A stretch of DNA of 64,000 nucleotides, from NCBI GenBank assembly GCA_037443035.1, contig JBBIPC010000020.1, forward strand, positions 1 to 64,000. The letters run 5' to 3'. Positions within the stretch are counted from its first letter, which is position 1. Each line of letters opens with the position of its first letter. This DNA comes from Chthonomonadales bacterium (GTDB lineage: Bacteria > Armatimonadota > Chthonomonadetes > Chthonomonadales > CAJBBX01). Of the stretch, positions 60,483 through 64,000 are shown piece after piece. The translations under genes and the position numbers were made by a program. A model generated the notes under the pieces. That model made no database searches and was not told the DNA's origin. It saw only the letters and a program-made list of their open reading frames with translations.

Positions 60483-60575
60483 ACGCTTCTCTCCTTCTCG
60501 AGGGTACGCAGACGCGGTGGTGACCTCGTCACGCAAGTTGCATGGCGAGGAACATCGCAGCGTCGGCGGCTGATC

Positions 60576-62054
60576 CTACAAATCTACGAGTGAGGCGCGG
60601 CTCTCGTTGCCGCACCTGTCAATGGCTCGCACAGCAACGCGTGTCGCCGGCGGCGCATCGGGTACGACGTACCGATGCTGTGTAGCGGGCAGGACCGTGG
60701 TGCGCCACCCCTCGGCCGTACGAGCCTGCACTACCCACAGCCATGGAGTCGTACCTGAACCCGGTTGAATGAGCAGCGTCGAGCCGCGGCGAGTCAGTTG
60801 CGGAGGTCTGGGTGACCCGCTCGACAGCCACGGTGAGGCGGGTGGTACGGCATGGTAACGATACGGACCGGTGCGTAGCTTGTCAGCGATACCGTCGAGG
60901 TTGCGCATGAGAACACGCATGCTGAAGTGGACATTGCCTGTGGCGCCCCTCTGACTCCTCGTCAGCTCTATCTGCTGGAGGATCTCCTCGGCCTTCCACG
61001 AGTTGGAACTGCCATCGCCTATTCGGCTCGTGAAGTTGCCCGGCCAGATGTGCCGTCGCCTGGTATTCTGGTCCACCCACCACTGCAGCAGGACAGGGTA
61101 GCTCTGGGCAGGGGGAGCGATAGCCCAGTAGAGCTGTGGCGTGAAGTAGTCCACCCAACCGTTCTGAAGCCATAGCTTGGAATCGGCGTAGAGCTCCGCG
61201 TAAGCGTCGAAGCCGCGGATCTGGGATGGGTTGCCGGGTCGCCAAATACCGAAGGGGCTGATGCCGAACTTCACAAGAGGCTTCTCCTTCTGCTTCGCCT
61301 GGTAGATCTGCCGTATGAACTGGTTGACCGCGTCGCGACGCCAATCGTCTCGTGCCAGACGCCCGCCGCCAGCTCGGTACCTCTGCCAAGTCGGTTCGTC
61401 GGGGAACTCAAGGACGTTTCCCTGGGAATCACGTTCTTTGTATGGGTAGAAGTAGTCGTCCAGATGAATACCGTCCACGTCGTACCTTCGCAGGACATCC
61501 ACGATTACCTTGAGGCTGTAATCGCGAGTACGTGGATCGGCCGGGTCCAACCACAGATGTCTGCCATATGTGCGGACGATCTCCGGGTGCCGCTTGCTCA
61601 CGTGTCCGTCGGGGATGGGCGACTTCGCCGAAGGATGTCGGGCGCGGTAAGGGTTGAACCACGCGTGTAGTTCGATGCCTCGCTTGTGCGCTTCACGGAC
61701 GGCGAGTTCCAGCGGATCGTAAAGCGGATCCGGCGCTTTGCCAGCCGTTCCGGTGAGATACTCGGACCACGGCTCGATGCGCGACGCGTAGAGTGCATCG
61801 CAGGCAGGTCGAACCTGGAAGATAAGAGCGTTGAGCTTCAGCGCTGCGGCAAGGTCCACGATTCGAATGAGCTCAGCTTTCTGCTGCTGCACAGGTAGGC
61901 CGGGCCTGCTCGGCCAGTCTATGTTCGCTACGGTAGCGACCCAGGCAGCTCGAAACTCTCGTGGTACCGGCGGTGGCTCCTCCTGCCGAGCGAATGCCAA
62001 GCAGGCGAGGGGGACGATAAGTGCGAGAATGCGAGTACGCTTGACCGCGCGCAT
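60576..62054 (-). CDS. GHL10/DUF187 (YddW/DigH-like) secreted glycoside hydrolase
   Basis: EFRAAWVATVANIDWP, HAWFNPYR, DGIHLDDYFY and GISPFGIW. Confidence 0.9.
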   Translation of the reverse strand: MRAVKRTRILALIVPLACLAFARQEEPPPVPREFRAAWVATVANIDWPSRPGLPVQQQKAELIRIVDLAAALKLNALIFQVRPACDALYASRIEPWSEYLTGTAGKAPDPLYDPLELAVREAHKRGIELHAWFNPYRARHPSAKSPIPDGHVSKRHPEIVRTYGRHLWLDPADPRTRDYSLKVIVDVLRRYDVDGIHLDDYFYPYKERDSQGNVLEFPDEPTWQRYRAGGGRLARDDWRRDAVNQFIRQIYQAKQKEKPLVKFGISPFGIWRPGNPSQIRGFDAYAELYADSKLWLQNGWVDYFTPQLYWAIAPPAQSYPVLLQWWVDQNTRRRHIWPGNFTSRIGDGSSNSWKAEEILQQIELTRSQRGATGNVHFSMRVLMRNLDGIADKLRTGPYRYHAVPPASPWLSSGSPRPPQLTRRGSTLLIQPGSGTTPWLWVVQARTAEGWRTTVLPATQHRYVVPDAPPATRVAVRAIDRCGNESRASLVDL

Positions 62055-62055
62055 A

Positions 62056-62547
62056 TCAGCTCTCCCGGGGGTCAGGATGCGCCAGGATCTCTTGGGCTCT
62101 CTCGAGGCGGTAGCGCTTCAGGACGTCGCGAATGCGTGTATCGCTGAGGGCAAGGATGGATGCGGCCAATAGCGCGGCATTGACGGCCCCGGCACGTCCT
62201 ACAGCCAGCGTCGCCACAGGCACACCAGCCGGCATCTGAACCATCGAGAGAAGAGAATCGAGCCCGTTCATGAGCTTGCTCTCCATGGGCACGCCGAGTA
62301 CCGGCAGCGTCGTATAGGCCGCTACAACTCCCGCAAGATGCGCAGCACCACCCGCCGCTGCAACGAGCACCTTGACGCCACGTTGCTCCGCACCGGACGC
62401 GTAGTCGGCCACAGCTGCCGGCGTGCGATGTGCGGACATGACACGAACTTCGTGTGGAATACCGAGTGCCTCGAGAGTATCTGTGGTGTGTTGCATGGTG
62501 GGCCAGTCGGATCTCGAACCCATGAGAACCCCTACAAGCGGTGACAT
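62056..62547 (-). CDS. purE: N5-CAIR mutase PurE
   Basis: MGSRSD, SAHRTP, AAHLAG and QMPAGVPVAT. Confidence 0.96.
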   Translation of the reverse strand: MSPLVGVLMGSRSDWPTMQHTTDTLEALGIPHEVRVMSAHRTPAAVADYASGAEQRGVKVLVAAAGGAAHLAGVVAAYTTLPVLGVPMESKLMNGLDSLLSMVQMPAGVPVATLAVGRAGAVNAALLAASILALSDTRIRDVLKRYRLERAQEILAHPDPRES

Positions 62548-62617
62548 AAGCCTCCTCGCGTGAGTGAGAATAGGCAGGTCGCGCCGTCTGCGCCGACCTA
62601 CGACATAATACACTGAT

Positions 62618-63703
62618 ATGACAGTCTCGAAGGATACCGTAGTCGTTGGCATGAGCGGCGGCGTGGATAGCGCCGTTGCTGCAGCCTTGCTGCTGCACGA
62701 GGGCTGGCGTGTGGTGGGCGTCACGTTGCGTCAGTGGAACGATCCTTCTGGCGATCCGGCGGCCGGCGGTTGCTGCTCCCTAGCCGGTGTGGAAGATGCT
62801 CGAAGGACGTGTGCAGAACTCGGTATCGAGCATTACACTGTGAACGCGCTGAGCGACTTCGGCAGGGAAGTGGTGGATCCGTTTGTCGATGCGTACGCTG
62901 CTGGACGCACGCCGAATCCATGCGTCATGTGCAATGTTCGGGTCCGTTTTCGGCATCTCCTGAGTTTCGCGAGGAAGATTGGCGCGAGTCGCATAGGCAC
63001 TGGCCACTACGTACGTGTGCGGCACGACCCATCGTCGGGTCGCTACCAATTGGTCCGTGGACGTTGTGCGGTCAAGGATCAGTCTTACATGCTCTACAGG
63101 TTATCTCAGGAGCAACTGGCGGCCAGCATCTTTCCCTTGGGTGAACTGGAAACGAAAGACCAGACACGTGCGCTGGCACATCGCCTAGGACTCTCGGTGG
63201 CGTCGAGGAGAGAGAGTCAGGACATCTGTTTCGTCTCCAGGACTGGGTTCCGGCAGTTCATCGTCAGCCGTGCTCCGTCCTCCGCGCAGCCGGGGCCAAT
63301 CATAGACGAGGAGGGTAGGAGGATAGGCACGCACCAAGGCGTGGCAGGTTACACCATCGGCCAAAGACGCGGGCTTCCGGCCACTGGTCGTGGGCCCCTC
63401 TATGTGACGCAAATCGATGCGGAGAAGGGCGTCATCCATGCCGGGCCGAAGGAACGGCTGTTCACCAAGGTACTCGTGGCTCGCGACGTCTGTTGGGTTT
63501 CCATCGATCCCCCGCGTTCTAAGCTTGCCGTCAGCGCTTGCATTCGCTATAATGCTCCTGTTGCTAGAGCCACGGTGGAACAGATAGGGGACGCTGTTCG
63601 GTGCGTGTTCGATGAGCCTCAGCGAGCGGTTACGCCGGGGCAGTCGGTGGTGTTCTACGATGGCGAACGTGTCTTAGGCGGCGGGATTATCGCAGAAGCT
63701 TGA
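62618..63703 (+). CDS. mnmA: tRNA 2-thiouridylase MnmA
   Basis: MSGGVDS, TPNPCVMCN, TGHY, KDQSY, ESQDICF and TPGQ. Confidence 0.97.
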   Translation: MTVSKDTVVVGMSGGVDSAVAAALLLHEGWRVVGVTLRQWNDPSGDPAAGGCCSLAGVEDARRTCAELGIEHYTVNALSDFGREVVDPFVDAYAAGRTPNPCVMCNVRVRFRHLLSFARKIGASRIGTGHYVRVRHDPSSGRYQLVRGRCAVKDQSYMLYRLSQEQLAASIFPLGELETKDQTRALAHRLGLSVASRRESQDICFVSRTGFRQFIVSRAPSSAQPGPIIDEEGRRIGTHQGVAGYTIGQRRGLPATGRGPLYVTQIDAEKGVIHAGPKERLFTKVLVARDVCWVSIDPPRSKLAVSACIRYNAPVARATVEQIGDAVRCVFDEPQRAVTPGQSVVFYDGERVLGGGIIAEA

Positions 63704-63720
63704 GAGGCGGAGATCGGTAG

Positions 63721-64000
63721 ATGACTGCACGTGATTGGATCGAAGTCGTGCTCGCAGCGCTCTTGGTGCTCACGCTAATGGTGCTGAGCCTGAGCGTAAG
63801 CTACGCGTTGCGGCGTATTGCGTCGCTGTCGTCCCGCATGGACGATGCTGTAGCCCAGATGCAGAGAGATGTGGGTACGGCGCTTCAGGACACGCGCGCT
63901 GCGCTCCACCATGTCTCGGAGCTATCGGAGATCCTGACCGTGCTCCTCAGAGCCGAAGTGACGCCCACTGTCGAGGTTGCGAGGGCTGCGCTGACCCACG
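63721..64000 (+). CDS. Partial membrane-anchored coiled-coil protein (DUF948-like), truncated by the window end
   Basis: Frame open from ATG 63721 (MTARDWIEVVLAALLVLTLMVLSLSVSYALRRIASLSSRMDDAV...) with GAGG SD; one TM helix then an amphipathic helix. Confidence 0.55.
   Translation, partial: MTARDWIEVVLAALLVLTLMVLSLSVSYALRRIASLSSRMDDAVAQMQRDVGTALQDTRAALHHVSELSEILTVLLRAEVTPTVEVARAALTH

Overview
GC-rich bacterial chromosomal segment with about 50 protein-coding genes. I found no rRNA, tRNA, CRISPR array or transposase. Gene content suggests a diderm non-actinobacterium, tentatively Armatimonadota (inference). From left to right: nikR; a large zinc-ribbon membrane protein; a carbohydrate-use region (GH36, DUF2961/GH172-like, GH42-like, six-hairpin GH-like, CUT1 ABC transporter) that also contains ferritin; a Rrf2-sufBCDSU-DUF59 Fe-S operon with an IscR-type operator; kdgK-eda plus a CUT2 ABC transporter lacking an ATPase; the conserved secDF-lapA-recJ-rel-dtd block; a KGG stress protein, clpS, two ArnT-like transferases and tpx; a proteasome operon; then pdxS, icd, a GHL10 hydrolase, purE and mnmA. 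The main result is a complete minus-strand operon arc-dop-[59 aa tag]-prcB-prcA-pafA (50727-57361). The 59 aa ORF (53862-54041) is absent from the ORF track and ends RYRQRSGQ, so it is a UBact-type ubiquitin-like modifier rather than Pup. Its ligase is divergent and its ATPase lacks the GQYL tail. Other observations: a secreted protein interrupted by an in-frame TAG with a PepSY-like continuation, a TolB/PD40 remnant scrambled over three frames, GTAG-type REP/REPIN elements, and an atypical Rel synthetase motif. All calls come from reading motifs by eye; no database search was run.
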